A stretch of 16,805 nucleotides of DNA from a virus. Positions 4,927 to 12,641 of the stretch are shown in pieces. The notes beneath the pieces are model-generated. The model saw only the letters and a program-made list of their open reading frames with translations. It did not search any database and was not told the DNA's origin. Position 1 is the first letter of the stretch. The number at the start of each line of letters is the position of its first letter. The stretch lies in IMG/VR virus record IMGVR_UViG_3300045988_101972, positions 1 to 16,805 of that record. The stretch is one strand, 5' to 3'. Position numbers and translations under genes: made by a program.

Positions 4927-6650
4927 TGGCGACTCCAAACGTGACCAATAAGCAGACGTTACGCCCGCTCACCGATTTTAACAATGTCCAGCTGTTGAAC
5001 ATGATTCGCAACGAGGCCAGTCCGGAATACCAACGTCGTATCCCCGCCGCAACCCAGACCAATATGGATATCACCGTTTCTACGCTCATGTCCAGCACCC
5101 AGTTGAAGAACGAGTTTTACTCCTCGCTGATTAACCGTATCGGCGGCACTATGGTACACTCGTGGAAGTGGTCAAACCCGCTTTCCGTGTTCACCCGCGC
5201 GTCGCAGACGTATGGCGACACGTGGCAGGAAGTCGCCGTGGGTATGCCGCTCGCTCAGGTGTACGACCCGAACGCCGAGTACCTCGGGGCCGACAACTTC
5301 CGCAAGTGGAAAGTCGACGTGGACTCGCTCTATCACCGTCTCGACTTTGCGCATTTTTACCCGGTCACCACCGATGATAAAACCCTTCGTCGTGCCTTTA
5401 CGTCTGACAATGGCCTCTCTTCACTGACCTCCCAGCTTATCCAGTCGTGCTACAACGCGGCCGAAGTTGACGTTTTCGAGGCGCTGTGCCACATGTTTAC
5501 GCAGTACGCGCGACTGGGCGGTTATTGGCGTGTCCACATGGACGCCGACCTGAACAAAATGACCAGTACTCAGGATGAGGCGCGCGGATTGTTGCGGCAG
5601 ATTCGCGCGTGGGCCGACAGTCTCAAGTTCGTCTCAACCCGGTATAACGCGCGTCACATGCCCACGTTTGCCAAGCCCGACGAGTTAGTGCTGTTTTGTT
5701 CTCCCGAGGTCAAGTCGGCTTTGGACGTTCAGGGTCTCGCTACCGTGTTCCATCGTACCGACGCAGAGCCGACTATCGACCGTATTATTGTCGTGCCCGA
5801 GGACAGATTCGGCATCGACGGTGTTCAGGCGATTCTCACGACGGACAAATTCCTCATTGACATACCGGTTGTCGAGGAGATGACTCAGCAGACCAACCCC
5901 GTCAATATCAACAGCGTTAACAATTTTTTGCATATGCAACGAATTATCTCGGTGTCGGGTTTCGCCCCGGCCGTGCTGTTCTGGAACGGCGCCGGTTCTA
6001 CGGATAACGTCGTACTTCCGGTCGGCACCGCCGCGACCACGCCGAAGTTCGCGCTGAAGCTTTCCGCCTATGGTGAGGGTGTAACCACGCCGGAGAACGT
6101 GACACGTGGTGGCGCGGTACAGGTCGAGGCTGATACCACCATTACCAATGACGGTCAGGCGTCATGGCGTTCCGGTGCCGTCAAGTATTCTATCGGCGCG
6201 ACCGACAAGAAGCTCTCAGAATGGACGTATATCAGCCCGACGGGTGTATTGGTGGTCGGTATCGATGAGGCCAACACCGTCGTTCCGGTGCAGGCGACTG
6301 CCGATTACATCAACCCGGCTACCCCCGAAGTCCCGAACACGGTGAGCGCGTCCCTTGACGTGCCCGTGGTTGGAGACGGTGTTATCGGGTTCAGTCCGAG
6401 TATTGTTGCGTCCATTACTGTTGACGCCGTTTCGGTCGAGGTTGGTAAGACAGGTCAAGCGCACGCCACTGCCGTGATGATTGACGGCCGTAAAATCGAC
6501 GTGACCAAGCAGGCCGCGTGGACTAGCGCCGCCACTGCGACGGCAACAGTGGATAATACCGGCCTAGTCACCGGCGTGGCCGCCGGTTCTGTCAAACTGA
6601 CCGCCGCGCTGTTCGGCGTCAGCGGTCAGGGCACTGTGACAGTCGCCTAA
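4926..6650 (+). CDS. Major capsid protein with a C-terminal bacterial Ig-like (Big_2-type) domain (574 aa)
   Basis: Remembered similarity to phi29 gp8 (for example LINRIG and YNAAEVD segments). The C-terminal 80 aa (ITVDAVSVEVGKTGQAHATAV...VTGVAAGSVKLTAALFGVSGQGTVTV) have the Big_2 pattern. The gene is followed by a strong terminator. Confidence 0.9.
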   Translation: MATPNVTNKQTLRPLTDFNNVQLLNMIRNEASPEYQRRIPAATQTNMDITVSTLMSSTQLKNEFYSSLINRIGGTMVHSWKWSNPLSVFTRASQTYGDTWQEVAVGMPLAQVYDPNAEYLGADNFRKWKVDVDSLYHRLDFAHFYPVTTDDKTLRRAFTSDNGLSSLTSQLIQSCYNAAEVDVFEALCHMFTQYARLGGYWRVHMDADLNKMTSTQDEARGLLRQIRAWADSLKFVSTRYNARHMPTFAKPDELVLFCSPEVKSALDVQGLATVFHRTDAEPTIDRIIVVPEDRFGIDGVQAILTTDKFLIDIPVVEEMTQQTNPVNINSVNNFLHMQRIISVSGFAPAVLFWNGAGSTDNVVLPVGTAATTPKFALKLSAYGEGVTTPENVTRGGAVQVEADTTITNDGQASWRSGAVKYSIGATDKKLSEWTYISPTGVLVVGIDEANTVVPVQATADYINPATPEVPNTVSASLDVPVVGDGVIGFSPSIVASITVDAVSVEVGKTGQAHATAVMIDGRKIDVTKQAAWTSAATATATVDNTGLVTGVAAGSVKLTAALFGVSGQGTVTVA

Positions 6651-6665
6651 CCTGCGATATAATAA

Positions 6666-6701
6666 AAGGGAGTGTTTCACGTGAAACACTCCCTTATTTT
6701 T
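6666..6701 (+). terminator. Rho-independent terminator after the capsid gene
   Basis: A 15-bp perfect inverted repeat, AAGGGAGTGTTTCAC / GTGAAACACTCCCTT (6666-6695), followed by ATTTTT. Confidence 0.85.
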
Positions 6702-6720
6702 ATGACGAAAAGAGGTAGTT

Positions 6721-8970
6721 GTGCTAAGAGATATCAACCCTAACGTCGAGGCGACGTTTAACTGGGCTCAATGGACACCGAACACGTCGTTGAAACTCTG
6801 TAACGTGCCGTGGGATAGCAGTTACCGCGACCTAGCACGGTTCGAGTCGCCGCAGAAACAGCAGGAGTGGTTTGACCGACAGCCCGGCGTCAGTGGGGTG
6901 CATGGAGTCATGCATGTGTTTGGGCAGCCCGTGCGCGTCGAACTACCGTTTAACGAGGCGTCTAACTACAACTATGTTGTGGTTCATAACGATTACTCCG
7001 ATTTGGAGGCTCCTCGATATTGGTATTATTTCATCAACCACGTGGACTACATCAGTGCGTACACCACTCAGCTCACTGTACAGTTGGACGTTTGGCAGTC
7101 GTTTCAGCATCGACTTAGGTTTGGGTCGTGCTACGTGGTTCGCGGTCACATCGGCATTGCCAACGAAAACCAGATGAGGGATTATGGCCGTAGTTATCTC
7201 GCGCTACCCGAGGGGCTGGACACCGGTAGTGAAATGGTGACGGTAAACCAACAATACAAGTCTCTTGTCGGCATGGACGGGAAAAACCTGAACTACGGCG
7301 TAATAGTCGTGAGCACGGTAGATTTGTCAGCGGACGCGGGCAGTCAGGAAAAACCGTCTCTCACTACTGCGGGCGGCTCTCTCTTCGAGAACATGGCAAA
7401 CGGGGCCGAGATACTGTACTTTAAGGACATTCAGGCCATCCAAGTGTTTATGGGAGTGGGGTCTACTTTTTCGTGGATAACACAGGGTATTGTGTGCATG
7501 TACATGATCCCCTCTTTAGACGATGACTTTCTCAAGAAGTCCGGCTATGTCGTAGATAAGCTTTTTGGGAAAACACTCCCCTCGGAGTTAAACAATCGTA
7601 TCTACCGTTTCCCCCAGTCGGCCACAAACGCGCCCAGCAGATATGAGGACATTATTACCATTAATGATTTTCGCGACAACTTTAATATCCCTGAACGTTA
7701 TAAAAACCTTAAAAAACTCAAGTGCTACCCCTACTCCACTGTTGAATGCACTTGCCTGAACGGGACTAATATCACCTATAAGCCCGAAAACATCCAAAGC
7801 GATAATCTGGTTATCAGAGAGGTTCATAATTACGCGCCCAATGGCGCGCGCTTGAACTTTTATCCGGTTGGATACAATGAGGCGGGTGCAAGCGAGATTG
7901 TTCCTCTTGATAAAAACAATGGGTTGCCTATCGACAGCGGAGAAATGTTGGACGCCGCGTTTGGCATCAGCAACTTTCCCCAGTTCGTAATTGTCAACAA
8001 TGGTGCCCAGTTGGCAATAGCAAACAGTGCCTACACTCGCTCCTACAGCCAACAGTCCGCCGACTGGACATATCAAAAAGCGCAGATGGGCGTTAGCCAG
8101 TCTCTTGCGGCCACGGCCGTGCAAAACCGGTACAATACCCAAGCCAACAAACTCGCTATCGGCAACCGCAACGCCAATAACGCAATTCAAGCGACGGCAC
8201 TTAACACCGGACTGGACAACACGTCATATATCAACAATCAGCGAGCCGACCTCGCACAGCTGAACAACGTGGCTAACGGCGTGGTCGGAGTGGTGGGTAA
8301 CGCCGCTTCGGGCAACGTCGGGGGTGCGATATCCGCGCTGGGTGGTGCGGTCATGAATGGCGTCAACACCGAGTCCAACCGCATCATCAACAATACCGCC
8401 GCCCAACTCTCCACTGCCAACTCTCTGAGTACTAACGCGGCTACGACGAGTCAGGCCAACACGTACGGCTCTCAGACTACGGCGCTTTCAAACCAGTTGG
8501 GCCAAAACATGGCGGACATGAACGCGGACTACGCGCAACGTTCCGCGTTTGGCGACTATCAGAACACTATCGCCGGAGTTAACGCACAGGTCCAGCAGAT
8601 GCAGTTGACGCCCCCTACCACGTCCGGTGCTATCGGTGGAGACGGATTCAATCTCGCCAACGGCATTATCGGAGTGCTGGTGCGATTCAAGACGTGCGCA
8701 CCCTCAGCTCTGCGGAGCGTCGGAGAGTACATGTTGCGCTACGGGTACTTTGTCCAGCGTTTCATCACGCCGCCGCAATCGCTGGAATGTATGACCAAGT
8801 TCTCCTACTGGCAGATGCAAGAGTGCTATGTGCGAGGCGACTTGCCCGAGCAGTATCGGCAGACCATTAAGGGCGTGTTCGAGTCCGGCACTACTGTATG
8901 GGCTGACCCTGATGATATCGGAGTGACCGATTGGGCGGATAACGACCCATTGCCGGGCTTCTCGTTCTAG
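6721..8970 (+). CDS. Tail knob / distal tail tube protein, phi29 gp9-like (749 aa)
   Basis: GTG start with GAGG at 6712-6715. The N-terminal pattern LCNVPWDSSYRDLARFESPQKQQEWF and YWYYFINHVDYIS...QLDVWQSF, the mid pattern KCYPYSTVE and the C-terminal LRYGYFVQR...GTTVWADPDDIG resemble phi29 gp9 from memory. It has a long Q/N/A/G-rich central region. Confidence 0.8.
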   Translation: MLRDINPNVEATFNWAQWTPNTSLKLCNVPWDSSYRDLARFESPQKQQEWFDRQPGVSGVHGVMHVFGQPVRVELPFNEASNYNYVVVHNDYSDLEAPRYWYYFINHVDYISAYTTQLTVQLDVWQSFQHRLRFGSCYVVRGHIGIANENQMRDYGRSYLALPEGLDTGSEMVTVNQQYKSLVGMDGKNLNYGVIVVSTVDLSADAGSQEKPSLTTAGGSLFENMANGAEILYFKDIQAIQVFMGVGSTFSWITQGIVCMYMIPSLDDDFLKKSGYVVDKLFGKTLPSELNNRIYRFPQSATNAPSRYEDIITINDFRDNFNIPERYKNLKKLKCYPYSTVECTCLNGTNITYKPENIQSDNLVIREVHNYAPNGARLNFYPVGYNEAGASEIVPLDKNNGLPIDSGEMLDAAFGISNFPQFVIVNNGAQLAIANSAYTRSYSQQSADWTYQKAQMGVSQSLAATAVQNRYNTQANKLAIGNRNANNAIQATALNTGLDNTSYINNQRADLAQLNNVANGVVGVVGNAASGNVGGAISALGGAVMNGVNTESNRIINNTAAQLSTANSLSTNAATTSQANTYGSQTTALSNQLGQNMADMNADYAQRSAFGDYQNTIAGVNAQVQQMQLTPPTTSGAIGGDGFNLANGIIGVLVRFKTCAPSALRSVGEYMLRYGYFVQRFITPPQSLECMTKFSYWQMQECYVRGDLPEQYRQTIKGVFESGTTVWADPDDIGVTDWADNDPLPGFSF

Positions 8971-8979
8971 TGATATACT
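8971..8979 (+). promoter_or_regulatory. Extended -10 element TGATATACT (copy 2), 6 nt before the portal ATG
   Basis: GTGATATACT at 8970-8979. TTGCCG lies 18 nt upstream (8950-8955). The ATG at 8986 is where a transcription start would be expected. Confidence 0.5.
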
Positions 8980-8985
8980 GGAGAC

Positions 8986-9948
8986 ATGTCTAGGTCGAGG
9001 AAAAATCAGAATCGTAGGGGCGGCGGCGTGCATCCCAGTGGCAATTATGCTAAAACGCGCGCCGTCGCCCTTGATGATATGTATTATCACTTGCTGCGCG
9101 AACTCGCGTTGAACCGGTTCAAATGGCATGGGTTGCCTCCCACGGTTGATGAACGTTGGATGGAGACGTGTCTGCTGGACTATAGTCTCTGCCTGTTTTT
9201 CTACGACAGGCGTATCGGTTCGTTTTTGGCAACTCAGGCGGCTTATCAAGGCCGCTTGAATCTCTACAATAATCCAACCGAGTTTTCCCCAGTCGGGGTT
9301 AACTATCATTACAAGGTTCTCTCGGCGGCCAACGAGTGTGTGCCCATCTGGGATAGTCGCACGCGGTGGCCGTTCAATGATATTCTCTGGATGTACGCCC
9401 GACGTTTGGCGGATATCGACAAGGCGTATCAAGTCAACTTGGACGGGTTGAAACTGCCGACGTTTATCACTGCCGACCAGCGTACCAAGCTCACGGTGGA
9501 AAACATTCTGCACCAGCAGCAAGACGGGCAATCGTTTATCATCGGCTATGACTCGCTCGACCCTTCCAGCATGTTCCAGCCATGGCCTAACACCACGCCC
9601 TATTTGTTGGACAAATTCATCCAGCAAAAAACACAGGTGACCAATGAGGCGTTGAGTTATCTGGGCATTCAGTCCAGCGGCACGGAAAAACAGGAACGTT
9701 TGATAGGCGCTGAGGTTGCTCAGGCCAACGAAAAGACCGACATGTTTCGACTCGCTTTTTTGACGGCGCGACAGGAAGGCGCACGACTGATTAACAGGAT
9801 GTATAACCTGGGCGTATGGGTGGAATACGCGGATACGCAAAGCTCTGGTGTGCCGAACGCGATTGACAATACGCCATCCGGCGGCAACACCACTACGGCA
9901 ATCGGTTCGACAGGCTCTCTTGGAAACGGAACAGGTGGTGTGGTATGA
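8986..9948 (+). CDS. Portal / upper collar (connector) protein, phi29 gp10-like (320 aa)
   Basis: Size and remembered motifs match gp10 (FKWHGLPPTVD near the N-terminus; LSYLGIQSSGTEKQERLIGAEV). Its position is between the tail knob and lower collar genes. Confidence 0.85.
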   Translation: MSRSRKNQNRRGGGVHPSGNYAKTRAVALDDMYYHLLRELALNRFKWHGLPPTVDERWMETCLLDYSLCLFFYDRRIGSFLATQAAYQGRLNLYNNPTEFSPVGVNYHYKVLSAANECVPIWDSRTRWPFNDILWMYARRLADIDKAYQVNLDGLKLPTFITADQRTKLTVENILHQQQDGQSFIIGYDSLDPSSMFQPWPNTTPYLLDKFIQQKTQVTNEALSYLGIQSSGTEKQERLIGAEVAQANEKTDMFRLAFLTARQEGARLINRMYNLGVWVEYADTQSSGVPNAIDNTPSGGNTTTAIGSTGSLGNGTGGVV

Positions 9949-10727
9949 CACAAGACCTAAGCAAGTGGGGTACGCGCGTACCCCCCGAATACACTGCCAC
10001 ACTGGGCAGTGTCATCGACATGGGCTATAATACTGATGATAAACTGCATTTATCCTCCGATTATTACCCGATTTTTGACGAAGCCCACAGGGCTGAGTTG
10101 AACGATAAAATCTGCCAGAACTTCATGTTGCGCGAAATCGGCCAAGAGACCGTGCAACAGTTTGTGTTTTACTTGGGAACGACGTTAAATCAGATTATGC
10201 CGTATTTCAATGAACGTTACAGGACGCTGGCGCTGAAATATGACCCATTGGTCACTATGGAAGTGACCAATGAAAGCCTGTCCAATACCGTAGCCCAGTC
10301 CAGCGGCAAAACCAGCGCCTCTCAGGATAGTGCAACCCGAAGTTCTTCGGATAGCACCAGTTCGAGCAGTACCAAGTCCCAGTCCTACGACTCGGAAGTG
10401 CCCGCAACCGGCGTGCAAGGTGACTTTGCTCGATACGCGACTCATGCCAATCAAGCGCAAGCGGATACGGACGGCAGTAGCCATAGCACGCAAGACTCCT
10501 CCTCCCAGTCTCATAGCACATCCAGCACAGAGTGGCAACACGACGCTACAGACGGGAGCACCAAGTCCCACACGTCGGGCCGCTCTCAGTCCGCAATGAG
10601 CCTCATTGCCGAGTATCGCAACGCAATCATCAACGTGGATATGGAAGTCATACACTCGCTCGAACCGTGCTTCCTGCAAGTCTGGGGGTCGTATGATACT
10701 ATTTTTGGCGACAGTCCAATATATTAA
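9945..10727 (+). CDS. Lower collar protein, gp11-like (260 aa) with a Ser/Thr-rich insert
   Basis: ATGA start/stop overlap with the portal gene and AGGTGG RBS at 9932-9937. The N-terminal LREIGQETVQQF...IMPYFNERY...KYDPL pattern is typical of Picovirinae-type lower collar proteins, recalled from memory. Synteny agrees. Confidence 0.7.
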   Translation: MTQDLSKWGTRVPPEYTATLGSVIDMGYNTDDKLHLSSDYYPIFDEAHRAELNDKICQNFMLREIGQETVQQFVFYLGTTLNQIMPYFNERYRTLALKYDPLVTMEVTNESLSNTVAQSSGKTSASQDSATRSSSDSTSSSSTKSQSYDSEVPATGVQGDFARYATHANQAQADTDGSSHSTQDSSSQSHSTSSTEWQHDATDGSTKSHTSGRSQSAMSLIAEYRNAIINVDMEVIHSLEPCFLQVWGSYDTIFGDSPIY

Positions 10728-10738
10728 GGAGGCAATGC

Positions 10739-11374
10739 ATGATATATAATAATGCGATTATTCCTCGGTTGGCCCCAAGACCGGTGCCCACGTCAGTGCC
10801 TTTTACTTACCGTGACGGCATCACCACGCTGGAGCTCATTGAGTGCGTCAAACGCAATCTGGACACACTCCAGAGCGAATTTAACGGCGTGGTTGATGAA
10901 GTCAATAAAACACTATCGGGCGTAGACGATTCCCTGAACAACGCTCTGGATACCATGAGCGCCGAACTTGAGTCATTGCGGGTGGAACTTATCCGGCTTA
11001 TCAATGAGGCGCAAGGCAGTGGCGTATACCCAAACGTGGTCTACGGCAACGACACCAGCGCATTGCAGATTATGGGCGACGTGTACGACAATACGCGCTA
11101 TTATGGTCTGTTCGCCCGGGACTACGACACTATGGAAATCAGCGCTCTGGATTATGACACGCTCGAAACCCCGGCACGACGGTATGACCTACAAGGCTCA
11201 CGCAAACTAAACCCAGTCCTCGGAGACTTTACAGGTCGTGAGGATTTTTGGGCAACGTTGCCAACTCAGCCGGAAACACCGCAATATGAACCGTTTGCGA
11301 CGAAAAAGTACGTTGATGATAATTTTATGACGCTCAACCCCACTGTAGACCAGTTCGACCCGAGGAAGGGATGA
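10739..11374 (+). CDS. Tail appendage / fibre-associated protein (211 aa), coiled-coil
   Basis: AAGGAGG at 10726-10732 with 6-nt spacing. It has a heptad-like segment (LDTLQSEFNGVVDEVNKTLSGVDDSLNNALDTMSAELESLRVELIRLINEA) and a fibre-type motif, FATKKYVDDNF. Its position follows the collar genes. Confidence 0.55.
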   Translation: MIYNNAIIPRLAPRPVPTSVPFTYRDGITTLELIECVKRNLDTLQSEFNGVVDEVNKTLSGVDDSLNNALDTMSAELESLRVELIRLINEAQGSGVYPNVVYGNDTSALQIMGDVYDNTRYYGLFARDYDTMEISALDYDTLETPARRYDLQGSRKLNPVLGDFTGREDFWATLPTQPETPQYEPFATKKYVDDNFMTLNPTVDQFDPRKG

Positions 11375-11378
11375 CACA

Positions 11379-11684
11379 ATGCCCAGCACCAATAAAACAG
11401 CCAATTATGCGTTATCCCAGTTCTCGGCGGGGGATAAACCGAGTTTTCTGCGCGACTATAACTCGGATATGGCGACAATTGACGCCCAGATGAAGAAAAA
11501 CGCCGACGCCGCCGCGTCCGGGGGGCATGTTGACGCGTACACCAAAGCGCAATCCGACGCCAGATACGCGCCGAAAACGACGACGCCCCCGGACGATACC
11601 GCTCTCGGCGTCACCGCGGGTGACTTTGATAGGCTATACATCGACTCTGACAATATTGTGCGTTTCAAGCCAAAAACAGCGTAA
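11379..11684 (+). CDS. Short fibre-like protein (101 aa) sharing an N-terminal anchor with the next gene
   Basis: GAGGAAGGG RBS. The N-terminal 41 aa are about 50 percent identical to the product of 11719..12582. It carries the fibre motif DAYTKAQSDARYAPK. Confidence 0.6.
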   Translation: MPSTNKTANYALSQFSAGDKPSFLRDYNSDMATIDAQMKKNADAAASGGHVDAYTKAQSDARYAPKTTTPPDDTALGVTAGDFDRLYIDSDNIVRFKPKTA

Positions 11685-11718
11685 TAGAGTAATTGCCAAC
11701 AACAAGGAGATAGATATC

Positions 11719-12582
11719 ATGAGCAGTGTCAATAAAACAGTACACTACGGGCTCTCGCAGTTCGGGGACGCCGATAAACCGTCATGGCGCGGAGACTACA
11801 CGGGAGACATGGCAAAAATCGATACGGCAATGACGGAAAACAAGAACAGCGCACAAACCGCCATCACCAACGCCAACAATGCCGTAACTCAGGTCGGTAC
11901 CGTGAAAGCCACGGCGGACGCAAACAAGGCCATGCTTTCGGCGATGGGCGTCAACGACACGACCGAAGCCACCGGGTTTAAAAACCGGGTCAACGCGACA
12001 AATTCCAAAGCCGACTCAGCCATTAAAAATCTGACAGCTCTGGGGGCTGATACGGAAGTCAAGGCGACGGCTCTCGCAAAGGAGCTCTCGGATAATACGG
12101 CAAACGTGCAACAGGTGACAACCCAGCTTACAGGCAAAGCCGATTTGTCCCAGGTGTACACGCGGACTCAGGCCAACAGCACGTTTGAGACTGTTAACGC
12201 CGCAAACGCCGCGCACAGCGCTATTAACAACGACCTTAGCAGCAAGGCCAGTTCTGTTGACCTCGATACCGCCGTAGGACGCGTCGACGCCATCGAAAGC
12301 ACGTTTTTTGACAAAAACCTTATCCAGCGAATTAATGTCAATGGAGTGACGGAAGATAACGGCCTCTACACAGTCAGACTCACCCAGCCAACTGGGACAG
12401 ACACTGACCCGACTGTGATATGGACTCAGAGTCACGCCAATACTGACACTGAGAAGGCTTACTTTTGGGAAATCTGGAACGTTACGCGCTCTTCGGTGAC
12501 AGTTCGCCCGAAAACAAACGAAGGCGCTTGGGTTTCGGGAAAACACACGATTAGAGGTTTTCTCATTGTAGCATGGTTCTAA
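11719..12582 (+). CDS. Tail fibre / receptor-binding protein candidate (287 aa)
   Basis: ATG at 11719 is preceded by AAGGAG (11704-11709). The track start at 11527 was rejected because it overlaps the previous CDS and has no RBS. The protein has the shared anchor, an Ala/Asn/Thr-rich helical shaft and a distinct C-terminal globular part. Confidence 0.65.
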   Translation: MSSVNKTVHYGLSQFGDADKPSWRGDYTGDMAKIDTAMTENKNSAQTAITNANNAVTQVGTVKATADANKAMLSAMGVNDTTEATGFKNRVNATNSKADSAIKNLTALGADTEVKATALAKELSDNTANVQQVTTQLTGKADLSQVYTRTQANSTFETVNAANAAHSAINNDLSSKASSVDLDTAVGRVDAIESTFFDKNLIQRINVNGVTEDNGLYTVRLTQPTGTDTDPTVIWTQSHANTDTEKAYFWEIWNVTRSSVTVRPKTNEGAWVSGKHTIRGFLIVAWF

Positions 12583-12590
12583 CCGTTCCG

Positions 12591-12614
12591 ACACCCCGCC
12601 TCATGGCGGGGTGT
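12591..12614 (+). terminator. 10-bp GC-rich stem-loop after the fibre gene (weak terminator or RNA-stability element)
   Basis: ACACCCCGCC-TCAT-GGCGGGGTGT, followed by TATCAT, which is a poor U tract. Confidence 0.4.
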
Positions 12615-12641
12615 TATCATATCGAGAACAGGAGCAAAGGC

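Noticed and set aside
6658-6663. TATAAT (within GATATAAT) just before the capsid terminator
   Set aside because: A start 7 nt downstream would fall inside the terminator stem. There is no TG extension at the correct spacing and no -35. It is probably a fortuitous A/T-rich terminator flank.
7588-8190. 200-aa ORF on the - strand
   Set aside because: It is antisense to the gp9-like tail-knob gene, with no start context and no recognisable domain.
8704-10002. 432-aa ORF on the - strand
   Set aside because: It lies entirely antisense to the well-supported tail-knob, portal and collar genes. It has no RBS, and its Arg/Gly/Val/His-rich composition is typical of a shadow ORF in GC-rich coding DNA.
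10185-10679. 164-aa - strand ORF, plus the overlapping + and - strand ORFs at 10255-10599
   Set aside because: They lie within or antisense to the Ser/Thr-rich repeat region of the lower collar gene. Low-complexity sequence keeps alternative frames open by chance.
11527-11718. N-terminal extension of the fibre ORF (track start at 11527)
   Set aside because: It overlaps the preceding CDS in another frame and encodes an Arg/Pro/Thr-rich stretch. ATG 11719 has an AAGGAG RBS, and the paralogous N-terminal motif starts exactly there.
12016-12594. 192-aa ORF on the - strand
   Set aside because: It is antisense to the fibre gene, has no RBS, and reads through the 12591-12614 hairpin.
12573-12641. 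N-terminal extension of the CHAP hydrolase ORF (track start at 12573)
   Set aside because: It would overlap the fibre gene stop and translate the GC-rich hairpin. ATG 12642 has an AGGAG RBS.
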